Source of the DNA: Albugo candida
Taxonomy: Eukaryota
Direction: 5' to 3'
Assembly: GCA_040437565.1 (NCBI GenBank)
Contig: JBDOQK010000050.1
Location: forward strand, 124,001-188,000
DNA length: 64,000 bases
The notes beneath the pieces are model-generated. The model did no database searches. It was not told the DNA's origin and saw only the letters and a program-made list of their open reading frames with translations. The position numbers and the translations under genes are program-made. Shown here piece after piece: positions 46,211-59,800 of this stretch. Numbering within the stretch: position 1 is the first letter of the stretch; each line of letters begins with the position of its first letter.

Positions 46211-49200
46211 GAAAAATTTAATGCCTATAATTGGGATAAAAGGACAAATCGATACTACGCAAACATTAGTAAAGTCCTCACCACGATTGAGATTGTTATA
46301 GGTGTCAGAGCGACCACACTTGACGAATTCCTGAGAATCTTTTATGCAAATCTTGTAGACATACGCGACTTCCCAGCCGTCTACCTCACGATTCACGTAC
46401 CGCAAATCGATGCACTCGTTGTTTGACACAATTGCTAAAAATGTGACTGCCACGGCTACTTGTCTAGTGCGACATTTGTAAGATAATAAATTCACTTACT
46501 TATTTCTCCCTTTAAATATTATGTCACATGCTACGTCAAACTGCTTCCAAAGCTGGGGACACAAAATTTAACTCTCCCCAGACAGATGAAAATGTTTAAC
46601 GATACGAATTCAGCTTTGACCGAGTGAGATACCTTCAACGAACAACTGAAGAGGTGAAACTATCAATACAAGTCTATATCTGATATGGCCAACTTGATTT
46701 TTGAGGTCAAGCATCAGCATGTTTTTGGAACTGCCAATTAGGTAGAAAAAAAATAAAAATACGTTCTCGCACAATTAACTCTCACGCTCAAGAAAAACGT
46801 GTTTGTTTGAGCCTATGCAAGAAGATTCTACTACTCTTAAAGATTGTGGAGCAACAGTGAACAATAACATTATGATGGCGTGCAATTTGCCTGAAATAAG
46901 TCTGCGCTCTGCTGGTAATAAAAAAGTGAGCACATAGTATTTAGATTAGAACATTGTTTCCGCATTGATTCGTACATTTCTTAAAGAGAATGGTGCCGCA
47001 TATTGCCTCGAAAACCGATCGTGGGTTACTAAGAAGAGACGTCAAGTAATAAAGGATATGCAGCCGTGCGGTTATTTTCTGCGACCATTCTACTCTTCTT
47101 TTTGATGAAGATTATCTACCTTTTTTAGCGGTTGGAATTACGTGGAAGATGTCCAGGGAGAGTCTGGAGTCGGGCAAGTGTCGAAGGCACAGAAATGCAA
47201 CGTTGTGTATCTTTTCATAATATGGGTGTATTTTTACGATACGAAGATAGCATATTGAATTTCATTAACCGTAGCTTAATTAAGAGTCTACTGATGCCAG
47301 TATCTCTGTAGAGATCACCACGGTTTCAAAGTCTTGTTATTCCTGATACAACGCGCTGTGCGGCCCATATCTATGGCATCTTCAAATATATTTCTGGGAT
47401 TAATGCTATTTACGAACAAAATGATCGCATCTGTGTGCCTTATGGGATGAAATCATTTCTTTTCAAACCGTTCATGTTATCTTTTGTGTTTGGTACACAC
47501 ACACGCATCCTAATTTGTGACTTGGAGTAAAGCGAACCTTCGTGTTTGACATATGATGAGTCTGGACGTTTGAATTGTTCGGCATAATCTGGGCAAGTAC
47601 GATATTGCTGAGTGTGTTGCGAAAAATGACTTTGATCAGCGTTACTTTGCCTGCGAGAAATATCACATTAGTTGTTGCTCTACTCGAAACAATAAGTTGA
47701 AGTCAATCTTGCGCGATAGAAGGTTACCATTAGAGCATATGAATGTGTCGAAAAATGGAGGTACAATGTGAGCACAATATTTCCAAATTGTTTTGTGGTA
47801 TCTTATTCCATCATCGAATCCACCAATTAAGACAGAGAAAAAAAGCCTACACGGTCGTGATGCAATGTATGTGGAGAGCAGATTATCTGTTATGTGTATT
47901 CGATGCTACTCGTAATGCTCGTAGTGCTATGCTACCCACCAATGTGTCTTTCGGTGTTATATTCACTCTTCGTCAGCAAATGGCGTATCATATACTTCGA
48001 GCCGATAACTCACATTGCATGACTCGAACCTCACGAGGGAACGGTCGAGAGCATATAAATACATTGATCATAAAGCACCATTAAAATTTTCTTATAACAT
48101 TATGAGAACGCTCAAACGACTCCAATAAAGTGTTGTGAGGTTCGTTGATCTATAATTGAAAGTTATGGATCGGTGTGAAACATAGCTAGTGGCTGCGTGC
48201 AGTCTCCAGCTGAATTTTCCTTGCTTCCACTAATAATACTCGTTGTTCTATTGTACCATTTTCCTATTGAAAAACATTAATGAGACAGCATATATGACCA
48301 TCGCGTTTCTTGGCCTGATGAGAAAATAAATTAGTTGCTAAAATCGTTTCGAAGCAGTTGCCCAATGCACCGGTATAATGGCCAGCCATTATGATAAGCT
48401 TTCAGCTCTACTAGTTTAAGTAGAAGAGGAGAATAGATTGTTTCGCGAAGTTTTAGCCTTGCAAAATTGTCAACCCTGAGCATTCATGTATCAACCACTG
48501 AATATGATGCTCAAAATATGTCTTCTCTAGCATCCTGCCGGTGAAAGTAGAGACATTGTTTTCTGCTCAAATGGGATGCTACGATTAGTCGCCGTAAAAC
48601 GTTTTCGAGTGCTGAGGAGACATTTGATGGTCGGCTTCTTGATAAATGGAATACCAGAGTAGTTGATAAAAATCTTCGGTATGATAAATGCGAGGGCACT
48701 TGGAGTCACAATCAATGCAACCATCATAGTTTACGCTTAGAATAATATAAGCAAGAAAGCAGACTTTTCATTGATTCCAATTATGTTCGACAGATTAAAT
48801 CTACACTTGACTCTAGTATTATTTTCTCTCCGTGCAGCTTCAGTACGAATGCTTTCTAGTAATAAGATGAGCACTTCAATTCAATGAGGAAAAAGAAAGA
48901 AAATGAAGACACTGTGCAATTAAGTCTATTGAAAGACATCTGAATGTAGCACCTAACCGATCGTTTCGCGGGGCAAAACTAGTTGTGACAGCAAATGCAG
49001 CAATAGCAAGCCATATTTTTCTAGCTCCTGATTAGACCACTGAGATATATGACATAGTGAGCCACGATATAGCAGCATTACTTATTAACAGTGTGTCTCG
49101 ACGTCTAGAGCATCATAAATACAAAAGAGACACCGGTCCAAAACTGTGGTGAAGGTCTAATACGCTTGGAATCACAGCTATGCTGTGACTATATCCATAC

Positions 49201-50453
49201 AGTCAAAGCGCATTTTATGCATCAATTGTGTTCGATTAAAGGGTTGATGTCGATGAAACGTTGAAATTGCTATCTTACTTATTCAGTCCTCATACAAATC
49301 TAGGTCGTCAGACTTGTTTACTTATTTTACAAGATGTGAAAGTACAGGCTCGTCTTACTCGTCGTCCTATTTCAGATCCCCTGACTGCATCCTTTGTCCT
49401 GGTTCTATTCTACGTCGAATCTGAGCAAAAGTGGGAAGCTGGAAGCTACGAGATGCATTGTAAAGATCAGCGATTGGGTTACACGATGAGTCGTACTGAT
49501 GATCTTATCGGGAATGGCTCCATGGTATCAAAAAATAGATTGTCTAATTTAGAATGGATGCAGGCTGTGCACAGCTCTGGCCTATTGTATCGTGTATAAA
49601 TGCTTGATTTACAACCATGACATCTGATGTAGTTTGATGTTATTTATACTCCTGCTGCACGTACATTTTTCTTACCTCTATCCTCTTTCAGCTTCTCTCA
49701 GGCTGTAGACAACAGTTATCCAGTTGACATTTGTATTTCAGCAGAGTCCTGCACACAGTCCGCTGTATAAGCCAATTTGTCAAAAGCTCTCACAATGGAG
49801 CTCAATCAATCATCAAGCCGTGATCTTCGATCTGCTTCGGCTCCGACCACGCGCCATGCTCGTCTTCTAACTTCTCTCCTCCGATCACGTTACCCCAGTA
49901 GCACCCACTCTTTAGACTCTAATCAATCGCCTTCCAGCTCACCCAAGACGTCCTCAAGCAGTTTTTCTTGGCCAACTCTAAGCTTGGACGAAGAACGCTT
50001 CCGTCTTCAGCCTGTCACTGTGAGCAAAGTCGAGTTTCAGGACCAATTTCATGGGTGGCTTTGGATGCGAGGATCCCGTCTTGGTCGCTGGCGTCATCGA
50101 TTTTTCGTACTAAATGGTTCCATGCTAACAAGTTATGAGACTTTCCCGTCCGAGAAGGTTTTACGTCAAGCGCTCCCAGNNNNNNNNNNNNNNNNNNNNN
50201 NNNNNNNNNNNNNNNNNNNNNNNNNNNNNNNNNNNNNNNNNNNNNNNNNNNNNNNNNNNNNNNNNNNNNNNNNNNNNNNCATCTGATGTAGTTTGATGTT
50301 ATTTATACTCCTGCTGCACGTACATTTTTCTTACCTCTATCCTCTTTCAGCTTCTCTCAGGCTGTAGACAACAGTTATCCAGTTGACATTTGTATTTCAG
50401 CAGAGTCCTGCACACAGTCCGCTGTATAAGCCAATTTGTCAAAAGCTCTCACA

Positions 50454-51425
50454 ATGGAGCTCAATCAATCATCAAGCCGTGATCTTCGATCTGCTTCGGC
50501 TCCGACCACGCGCCATGCTCGTCTTCTAACTTCTCTCCTCCGATCACGTTACCCCAGTAGCACCCACTCTTTAGACTCTAATCAATCGCCTTCCAGCTCA
50601 CCCAAGACGTCCTCAAGCAGTTTTTCTTGGCCAACTCTAAGCTTGGACGAAGAACGCTTCCGTCTTCAGCCTGTCACTGTGAGCAAAGTCGAGTTTCAGG
50701 ACCAATTTCATGGGTGGCTTTGGATGCGAGGATCCCGTCTTGGTCGCTGGCGTCATCGATTTTTCGTACTAAATGGTTCCATGCTAACAAGTTATGAGAC
50801 TTTCCCGTCCGAGAAGGTTTTACGTCAAGCGCTCCCAGAAGCTTTTCCAGACAGTCAACCACGCAATGTTCTTCGTGTCGCTCACGTGGAGGAAGGGCGC
50901 TGCCGTATTGGGTTTAAAATCTACGGAACGTGTGGTAAGATCCTCGACGTCCGGGCTCCAAGTACAGAGGCTCGGAATGCTTGGTTGAGAGGTCTCAAGC
51001 CTTCTTGCCGGCGCAAATCGTTGTCATGGTCAATGGGAAATTCAGAAGACGCCTCATGGAGCCTTTCGACATTCAATGCTGATGGAGTTTTGGATCCCGA
51101 TCGATTATCCATTCCCGTCACTAAAAGTGGCTGGATTGAGAAACAGAGTGCTGTTCTCAAACGCTGGAATCGTTATTTTTTCGTAATTCAAGGCAATACG
51201 CTGTCCTATTACGCCAACGACAAGCCATATCAAGTGCCCCGCTGCAGAGTGTATATTGATCGTGTTATCGTACCTCGTGAAGCTTGCACCTTGTTGCTTT
51301 GTGTTGGTAATCAGCAGCGTATTTGCCTTCGATTCTCAGATACTCAGGAGCTTGACGAGTGGCGAGATTTAATGATTGATTGTAGCTCTAAACGAGAGTT
51401 GACGCTTAGCGAGTCGGAGGATTAA
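50454..51425 (+). CDS. Tandem PH-domain protein (323 aa); the copy at 49795-50179 is a gap-overlap artefact
   Basis: Two PH signatures, HGWLWMRGSRLGRWRHRFFVL...EARNAWLRGL and KSGWIEKQSAVLKRWNRYFFVI...QELDEWRDLM, after an S-rich N-terminus. Confidence 0.88.
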   Translation: MELNQSSSRDLRSASAPTTRHARLLTSLLRSRYPSSTHSLDSNQSPSSSPKTSSSSFSWPTLSLDEERFRLQPVTVSKVEFQDQFHGWLWMRGSRLGRWRHRFFVLNGSMLTSYETFPSEKVLRQALPEAFPDSQPRNVLRVAHVEEGRCRIGFKIYGTCGKILDVRAPSTEARNAWLRGLKPSCRRKSLSWSMGNSEDASWSLSTFNADGVLDPDRLSIPVTKSGWIEKQSAVLKRWNRYFFVIQGNTLSYYANDKPYQVPRCRVYIDRVIVPREACTLLLCVGNQQRICLRFSDTQELDEWRDLMIDCSSKRELTLSESED

Positions 51426-51876
51426 AGCACTCATTTCTATTTAAAAAACATGATGCCACCCGACTTTATTGCCATATGCGCGGCTGAGATCACTATTCCT
51501 GACACTGAGGCCTTAAGGACTGTGTTGCCAGACTCCGAGGCTTCATTCCTGACCGAAATCAGCTGCNNNNNNNNNNNNNNNNNNNNNNNNNNNNNNNNNN
51601 NNNNNNNNNNNNNNNNNNNNNNNNNNNNNNNNNNNNNNNNNNNNNNNNNNNNNNNNNNNNNNNNNNCGCTGCAGAGTGTATATTGATCGTGTTATCGTAC
51701 CTCGTGAAGCTTGCACCTTGTTGCTTTGTGTTGGTAATCAGCAGCGTATTTGCCTTCGATTCTCAGATACTCAGGAGCTTGACGAGTGGCGAGATTTAAT
51801 GATTGATTGTAGCTCTAAACGAGAGTTGACGCTTAGCGAGTCGGAGGATTAAAGCACTCATTTCTATTTAAAAAAC

Positions 51877-53511
51877 ATGATGCCACCCGACTTTATTGCC
51901 ATATGCGCGGCTGAGATCACTATTCCTGACACTGAGGCCTTAAGGACTGTGTTGCCAGACTCCGAGGCTTCATTCCTGACCGAAATCAGCTGCGGTATGC
52001 AAGAGCAGCGAAATGTAATTCTCCCAGCGATCAAAGTCTTTTTTGACGCGTACGCCGGCCGAATAGCGCGCTCGGATCGAACGAAATGCTATATCATTAC
52101 GTACTTGTTGCTATTCCATTTAGAACGCATGGGAATACCTGATTTTGAGCGGCACGTGACGGCTACCAACGCGCCTTTGGCGATGCAGTCGTTACTCGCA
52201 TTCTTCACTGACGAATGCACGCTTCATGACTCGCTTTCAACAGCTTGGAGAGAACAACACGATGATGTGTACATTCAAAAGCTCACGACGCCATTGCGGG
52301 AAGCTTCTTCGGAACTGAAAGAGCTTTGTGCTCGTGTGCTCAAGCCTTCCGAACGTAAAGTATCGCTTCCCAGGTTGGTCAAGGAGCCAATTCGCAGGCT
52401 TCCCGAGCTGACTAGAGCCAAGCCAGATTCGAAATCTCGTAATAGATTCGTATCAAATCAGGAGCAGGTAATCGCACCGCAGATGCCTGTGGTACCGTTC
52501 AAAGCCACTCCAATGCCCCAGTATCCAAATTCCGGCCCGGAAATCAAGTTGACAACAGCAGTGATTCTTCGGGAAGACGCCATGTATCAAAGGAATCAAG
52601 CCAAAGCAGCTGCTCTTCTCCAAGCATTCGAGACTGAACTTCGAGACTCGCTGCCCTTTTACCAGTGGAAAGCCCAGATGCAGCAGCAAGATGACCGAGC
52701 ACAAGCTTCGGTGATGGCTGCAAGACGACTGGAAATGGCGCAGGCGCAACATATCGCCAAAGAAGCCGCAATTGCGGCTCGAAATGACAATAAACGAGTC
52801 GCGCAATCGATGAAAATGATTGCAAAAAATTTAGATGTGGAACGAACGCGACAAAGTCGCCAAACGCTTTCTCGACATCGACAGCAAATGACTCAAATCA
52901 AACACATTCGCGAGTGTGCTCCACGAAACGCCCAGGATCAATTGCGTCGGGATAAACGCTCTCAGGCAGCAGAATTGACCATACTCTTGGAACAAGAAAG
53001 AGCACAAAAAGCGCTTCAGGTCGCAGCTGAGCAATCAAAACGTGAGGAGACATTGAGAGCGATTCGAGCGCTTCACACTGCTCGGGGGCCACATATCGCG
53101 TCGTTCGATCCGTCCGAGACAGCACAATTGGGTCTGCTGGATGAGATGTCGCAAAGTGAATTGGAAGCGCGTTTGCGTGCACAAAAGGCTGAGATCGCTG
53201 AGAAAGAAGTGGAAAAACGCCGAGAAATCGCACGAGCCAAAAGTGAAAAAACGGGAAAACTTGAAGGAAAAATGGCCAATCTGATGCGTATTCGGGAAGC
53301 TCGATCGACTCAGTCACGTCGCCAGCGTATGCTTTCACAGCAGAATCAAGCCCGGACGCAGCAAGAGCACTCCTTAGCGGCTGAACAAGCCAAAGCTGAC
53401 GCGTTGAAAGCCATACATGAACGGACCGCCAAGTGGGACGCCAAGGCAGCGGATTGTAAGCGACAAGAAAAAAAATCGGACAAAATGAGGCATTTCAGGA
53501 AAAGAAAATAA
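51877..53511 (+). CDS. CFAP99: Cilia- and flagella-associated protein 99-like coiled-coil protein (544 aa)
   Basis: Motifs IKLTTAVILREDAMY, ELRDSLPFYQWKAQM and FDPSETAQLGLLDEMSQSELEARL plus a long coiled coil, recognised from memory of the family. Fits a zoospore-forming oomycete. Confidence 0.72.
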   Translation: MMPPDFIAICAAEITIPDTEALRTVLPDSEASFLTEISCGMQEQRNVILPAIKVFFDAYAGRIARSDRTKCYIITYLLLFHLERMGIPDFERHVTATNAPLAMQSLLAFFTDECTLHDSLSTAWREQHDDVYIQKLTTPLREASSELKELCARVLKPSERKVSLPRLVKEPIRRLPELTRAKPDSKSRNRFVSNQEQVIAPQMPVVPFKATPMPQYPNSGPEIKLTTAVILREDAMYQRNQAKAAALLQAFETELRDSLPFYQWKAQMQQQDDRAQASVMAARRLEMAQAQHIAKEAAIAARNDNKRVAQSMKMIAKNLDVERTRQSRQTLSRHRQQMTQIKHIRECAPRNAQDQLRRDKRSQAAELTILLEQERAQKALQVAAEQSKREETLRAIRALHTARGPHIASFDPSETAQLGLLDEMSQSELEARLRAQKAEIAEKEVEKRREIARAKSEKTGKLEGKMANLMRIREARSTQSRRQRMLSQQNQARTQQEHSLAAEQAKADALKAIHERTAKWDAKAADCKRQEKKSDKMRHFRKRK

Positions 53512-55705
53512 CCAAGTTTTATCGTTTCCACATGTCGCGAGTCGTACTGGACACCTCAAATGGAAAGAGTGGCGCTCGTGGAAGTATTCGGAGTCCCATA
53601 CATTCGGCGATACGGACCTTTGCACGTGAAAGTGTTTGAGCAGCAGCACTTGTGCCATCAAAATCCACAGCTGTGACACTGCACCATCCAAAGCCTGGAA
53701 GTACGAGTTCGACAAGACTCGATCGATGAGGGCGTTTGGATTTCTGATTTTGACTTTCAGTCACATAGTCGGACAATGCAATTGTTTGAGTATCTTCCAA
53801 CGGACCAGAAAAGCTCAATGCATCCAAACCGCGAGGCGGGGATAGAATTTTGCCTGCGTGTTTGATAAACATTGCTTCTGCATCTGTGATAAACACATGA
53901 GAACTGACATAACGTTTTCGTAATCCTAAACGTACTTGCAGTCTTCGTCACGTGACCGGGAAGAACTCCGTGCCAGCAAAAGAGCAGCTGGTCCCGATTT
54001 TCGCCGGGTGATATGTAATCGAAGCGAGCAAGCGCCCCGAGAAAGAGACTCTGATTTGGTTTGAGACGATAGATTGTTGCCTGAGAAAACATCGTTAAGA
54101 AGCGATCTGACAGTACGAGTTGACTCACCGGTAGTGATTTTGTCGGAAATACGTTTTTCAGCGCGTTGCCAGCATCTGTAGCCAGGACTTCCACAAGCTG
54201 CTGGCGTGTGGAGTCCACAATGAGTCCCGGTGTATCGATGATGTTAAAGAGTTTGTTGTTGGCAACCACGGGGATGTACTGCACAGCTAAAGTGGTTCCA
54301 GGAAGCGGAGATGTGGTCATTTTTCTTTCTTCGTGCTCTGTAGCGATTTCCAGCGTCAATGGATCTTCTCCTGGCTCTACATGATACTTTTCGGCTAGTT
54401 CTTCACGCAGTATCTCAAGCTGATTTTTCNNNNNNNNNNNNNNNNNNNNNNNNNNNNNNNNNNNNNNNNNNNNNNNNNNNNNNNNNNNNNNNNNNNNNNN
54501 NNNNNNNNNNNNNNNNNNNNNNNNNNNNNGGAAAACTTGAAGGAAAAATGGCCAATCTGATGCGTATTCGGGAAGCTCGATCGACTCAGTCACGTCGCCA
54601 GCGTATGCTTTCACAGCAGAATCAAGCCCGGACGCAGCAAGAGCACTCCTTAGCGGCTGAACAAGCCAAAGCTGACGCGTTGAAAGCCATACATGAACGG
54701 ACCGCCAAGTGGGACGCCAAGGCAGCGGATTGTAAGCGACAAGAAAAAAAATCGGACAAAATGAGGCATTTCAGGAAAAGAAAATAACCAAGTTTTATCG
54801 TTTCCACATGTCGCGAGTCGTACTGGACACCTCAAATGGAAAGAGTGGCGCTCGTGGAAGTATTCGGAGTCCCATACATTCGGCGATACGGACCTTTGCA
54901 CGTGAAAGTGTTTGAGCAGCAGCACTTGTGCCATCAAAATCCACAGCTGTGACACTGCACCATCCAAAGCCTGGAAGTACGAGTTCGACAAGACTCGATC
55001 GATGAGGGCGTTTGGATTTCTGATTTTGACTTTCAGTCACATAGTCGGACAATGCAATTGTTTGAGTATCTTCCAACGGACCAGAAAAGCTCAATGCATC
55101 CAAACCGCGAGGCGGGGATAGAATTTTGCCTGCGTGTTTGATAAACATTGCTTCTGCATCTGTGATAAACACATGAGAACTGACATAACGTTTTCGTAAT
55201 CCTAAACGTACTTGCAGTCTTCGTCACGTGACCGGGAAGAACTCCGTGCCAGCAAAAGAGCAGCTGGTCCCGATTTTCGCCGGGTGATATGTAATCGAAG
55301 CGAGCAAGCGCCCCGAGAAAGAGACTCTGATTTGGTTTGAGACGATAGATTGTTGCCTGAGAAAACATCGTTAAGAAGCGATCTGACAGTACGAGTTGAC
55401 TCACCGGTAGTGATTTTGTCGGAAATACGTTTTTCAGCGCGTTGCCAGCATCTGTAGCCAGGACTTCCACAAGCTGCTGGCGTGTGGAGTCCACAATGAG
55501 TCCCGGTGTATCGATGATGTTAAAGAGTTTGTTGTTGGCAACCACGGGGATGTACTGCACAGCTAAAGTGGTTCCAGGAAGCGGAGATGTGGTCATTTTT
55601 CTTTCTTCGTGCTCTGTAGCGATTTCCAGCGTCAATGGATCTTCTCCTGGCTCTACATGATACTTTTCGGCTAGTTCTTCACGCAGTATCTCAAGCTGAT
55701 TTTTC
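53254..55705. other. Largest false tandem duplication across a 100-N gap (offset 1276 bp)
   Basis: 53254-54429 is repeated right after the gap at 54430-54529, and the ORF track shows identical translations shifted by 1276. Confidence 0.9.
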
Positions 55706-56876
55706 GTCTCAAGGTTGGTGGATTTGGAAGCATTTGAGGATCCACTTGATGCATTTACATGGCTATGATCTATATTCAGCATCGAGACAGCGTCTTCATC
55801 ATCAATATCGCTCAATGTTACTTCCGACAGCTTCATATATTTCCGATGATTGTGTTTCCACTTTTGAGTGACCAAATAGCTCAAAAATGAATTCAGGAAA
55901 GTTGATTTTCCGACATTTGCGGCACCAATGACACAAAGATCACGATTCTTTCTGAATTTCTTGATGTCTCGCAGAATTTCGTGCATTCCAATTCCTTTCA
56001 ATGCACTCACAAGATAGATCGCTTGGATGTTTTGAATTCCTGCGGTTCTACAGGTAAATCAACATCATTAAAGACTCGGTAGCTGAATATATTCCGTACT
56101 TTGCTTGCTGCTGAATGTGACGCATTAGTCGCCGTGTGCCAGATTTTCGAGGAATTAGATCGCCTTTATTCACAATGAGCATCACCGGTCGATCGGTTCC
56201 AAAGACACGATGGGCGCTTGTAAGAGATTGTAAGACAGATATCGTAAAACTATAGCATGAACGCAGCGTACGCGGAAAGCAAGCTTCCTGGGATGTCCAA
56301 AATGTCGACCAAATGAAGCAAGAGGAGATTGGAATTTGATGAGAGCTCATCTTTCACGAGCTTTCCGAAAGTCTCATATGAAAATTGACGCTGAATTTTG
56401 AGCTTTCCATACCTTTCCATTTGAAAACACCGCTCACAACGAACTTTCTGCAGTTGAATAAACATGTTCTCGTTCGATTCATTTACTTTTTGCAGAGAAC
56501 GTAACGGAACAAAGCCCAAATCCGAAGGAGTCTGATACTGGAGCGGAATGCCGCAGCCTGGACACGACCAGGACTCCATTAGCGCCAAATGTGATTCAAT
56601 CTCAGTCAAAGATACTTCTGGAGGAGATACAGCATTGTTTGAAAGCTTGGATGTTGGTTCTTTTGATACTATATTCTTTTTAGCGGTATGACCCGAGGTT
56701 GAGACGAAATGTCGTATAATTGTCCTGCACTTGCGGATCTTCAAAGGCGGAAATAGCTCCATAGAATGAATAAGCATGTTCCGATTCGTAGGAATTGAAA
56801 GTGGTGGCGTCTGAAATGGACGAGAAGGGCTGGAAAATAAAGCTCTAGACGCACCGACAGCATATTTTCGAGCCAT
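54795..56876 (-). CDS. NOA1: NOA1/YqeH-family circularly permuted GTPase, likely mitochondrial, multi-exon; 53519-54429 is an artefactual duplicate of its 3' part
   Basis: R/S-rich transit-peptide-like start MARKYAVGASRALFSS; zinc knuckle CPGCG...CERC; permuted order G4 NKGD, G5 SA, G1 GAANVGKS, G2 PGTT, G3 DTPG; C-terminal LVLPGFGW. The start is adjacent to a gap. Confidence 0.88.
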
Positions 56877-59800
56877 TTCGAGTTCCAGCNNNNNNNNNNN
56901 NNNNNNNNNNNNNNNNNNNNNNNNNNNNNNNNNNNNNNNNNNNNNNNNNNNNNNNNNNNNNNNNNNNNNNNNNNNNNNNNNNNNNNNNNTCAAACGGTGT
57001 CATTCAACTGGACAGTGACTACACCAAAAAAGACCAAGGAACAGGTCAAATGGTATGTGTGTACTGTATGTGTCTCTAGATGGTGTAAGATGATGACTAG
57101 TGATGGTATCTTGGGTGACTATGTGCTGTCACACCACAAGTGACAGGCAATTCGCAATTTTGACTACATGCCCCTCTGATTATTTTTATATAAATATGAC
57201 AAAGCCTACAATATGTGATTTGACTTTTGTAGAAATCAAAGGTCATTCTTTATGTGGTTTCATAAAAGACCATCATATCCTTGCTTGATCCAGGTAGAGG
57301 AAGCGTCCTTCAAAAGGTCGTGGAATACTCTACGCTACCTTACCCCAGCTATAGCTGTGTCTGTTATGTACGACATTGCGAGTAAGAAGCACAGTTTTAC
57401 TCAGACGTATGCTTCGGAATACGTAATCTGATTGTATGCCCGCAGATAATCAATAACATGGTCAACCCCAACAGTAGATTAAATGATCAATCAAATGGCT
57501 GCTACCATCTAAATGGCCGGCAATGTCAGATCCGAATTTAGTGATAATCCATAATCCCGGCTCCTCGTAAAATGTTGTAAGCCCATATCTTTGTGTGATT
57601 ACACTGGCGGCAACATTGCAAGTGTACCGTGGTATGTGAGCAAAGGCTCCGTAACAATAACATGTTCTGACTGCTGCGATCACAAGCCCTCGAATATCGT
57701 CCATCTGATCGAAATCGAATGCAAACGAAGTTGACTATCACCTTTGAGAGCCAAGAAGCTGACCGCATTTTTGGTTCAAGTAAAAAAAATTAGTTTGAGT
57801 GACGAGGCTATTGGGTAATTGTATTTGGATTAAGCCAATTNNNNNNNNNNNNNNNNNNNNNNNNNNNNNNNNNNNNNNNNNNNNNNNNNNNNNNNNNNNN
57901 NNNNNNNNNNNNNNNNNNNNNNNNNNNNNNNNNNNNNNNNTAAAAAAAATTTAGTTTGAGTAACGAGGCTATTGGGTAATTGTATTTGGATTAAGCCAAT
58001 TCCATGCTGGAGGTCAAAGCTCAGGATGTTGTTTTGCCAAAAGTTTCGGTAAAGAATCTTGGAAGAATGATCCGCATAATGCTCAACCAAGGTGTCAGTC
58101 TAAGCCTACTCAGAAACGATGTACTCCATTAAAAAAACCTATAGAGCAAGCGTAATCAATGTAACTTCCATTCGTCACAGCGTCCAATTTGCTTGGGATA
58201 AGACTACATTGTCTAGGACTAAAAAACCATTCCATACGATCGACAACAAAACACTCCTCTTTTGATGATTTAGACTGTTCTGGAAAAGTGGTAGCAAGGA
58301 TAGCCTCCAAAGTGGATCGTTCTGATTAGAAAATTGCGAGATACAGAGAAGAAATTATAAATATTGGCCGATAAGCGGGTGACTCCAGGCAGTAAGGACT
58401 GTTGATCTTCTGATGTACGAGGTCTAATGCACTTTTTTTGTATAACGCATTTGTCAAGTCTGCTAGTTTTGGTGGAACCGGAATGAGAGCAGGGGCTACG
58501 AGGTACCGCAATCTTAGTCTATTATGCTATCCACTTGAACATCTATTTATGCAGTGCATTTTGTACAGTATAGCTGCATGTTTCACTTCGTCCATCACGA
58601 ACAAGGAAAGCACAGTTTTTTCGAGTAGATGCAAACTTCTAAATGGCCCTTTCAGCCTTTTTAAATCAGTATATAGAGAAAGTTCTATCATTCAGGCAAC
58701 ACTCACTTCACTGTGGCGTTTGAGGCCTCAGCTATCTTGTTTCTCACGTTGGACGTCAAAAGTCTCTCGGCGCGATTTCTTCACATTCAAGCTATGGCGT
58801 CCGTATTGAAGATCTTTCAATCGAGCGTTCATATTCAACAACGCATTCGACGCACAATCAGTCGCTGCTGTGAAAAGATACATCCCGCAAATTTCTTGTG
58901 ATTACCAGCATTGGCACTTTAAACTAATATTCGCGATAGTTGGTTCTTACCATATCATTAATGGGTCAATATGTTTTGAGTTCGTTGTCTCACATTTAGC
59001 ACACCATGTAACCATGCTTCCAGTGCTCGTGGCAACAACATGTACAAATTGGCGAAAGCTTGCTCGGATACAAGTATGAGGACGTATAGAAAGCATCCGG
59101 GTACTGCAAAGTCTTCACAAGTAGGTTGACTGCATACCGAGTGGCATATTTCTTCCTTCGTTGCTGGACTCGATGAGTGTAATGTTCATGCTTGCTCATC
59201 GAAACGTGAGAGCCCAGACACACTTGATGTAAGGAACGTAAATTAAAACTCTCAGTATGTTTCATTGCCGAATAATACGTGTTTGGTATAGATGACGCGG
59301 AATTGACAATTGCTTCCAGATTGTGCCACCGGGTCTCTGATGTCAGTAGAATGGATATTGATTTGGTTTTTCTTTTGCCGAGAGGAATATTCGATCGATA
59401 ATGATTCGGTTCTTGAGGGGGCTCAATGCCTTCAAATAGCTATTATGATGGCTATAGCTTTCCTATTCTTCTCCAAATTTGCCAGAAAACTTCTATCATC
59501 AAACTGATAGTAATATAGCACCGATGAGCTGACAATTTCTTCTTGCGTATTCTTCAGTTCGACACCCCTTTTTGCTACTTACAGCCGTTGTCTTTTTTTC
59601 TGAGAGTTTTACACGATACCTTTATTCTATATGGAATCTGCGATATGGATGTTCGCTGATAACAAAAATGGCACTTGCCGATTTACTAGAGAATAAAGGC
59701 CACTGTCCATTGTGAGCGTCGTGAGCTTCGATGACAATGTCATTGCAATCAACTGATCTGAATTTCGACTACGGGTTATCGTTCAAATACCAACGATGAT

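Noticed and set aside
49172-49188. Small hairpin tcacagc-tat-gctgtga
   Set aside because: A 7-bp stem is expected by chance in 64 kb, and there is no supporting context.
49620-50838. Apparent tandem duplication of the PH-domain gene 5' half
   Set aside because: Identical sequence on both sides of a 100-N gap (offset 659); assembly overlap artefact.
51240-51993. Second CFAP99 start at 51450 and repeated PH-gene end
   Set aside because: Overlap across gap 51567-51666 (offset 427).
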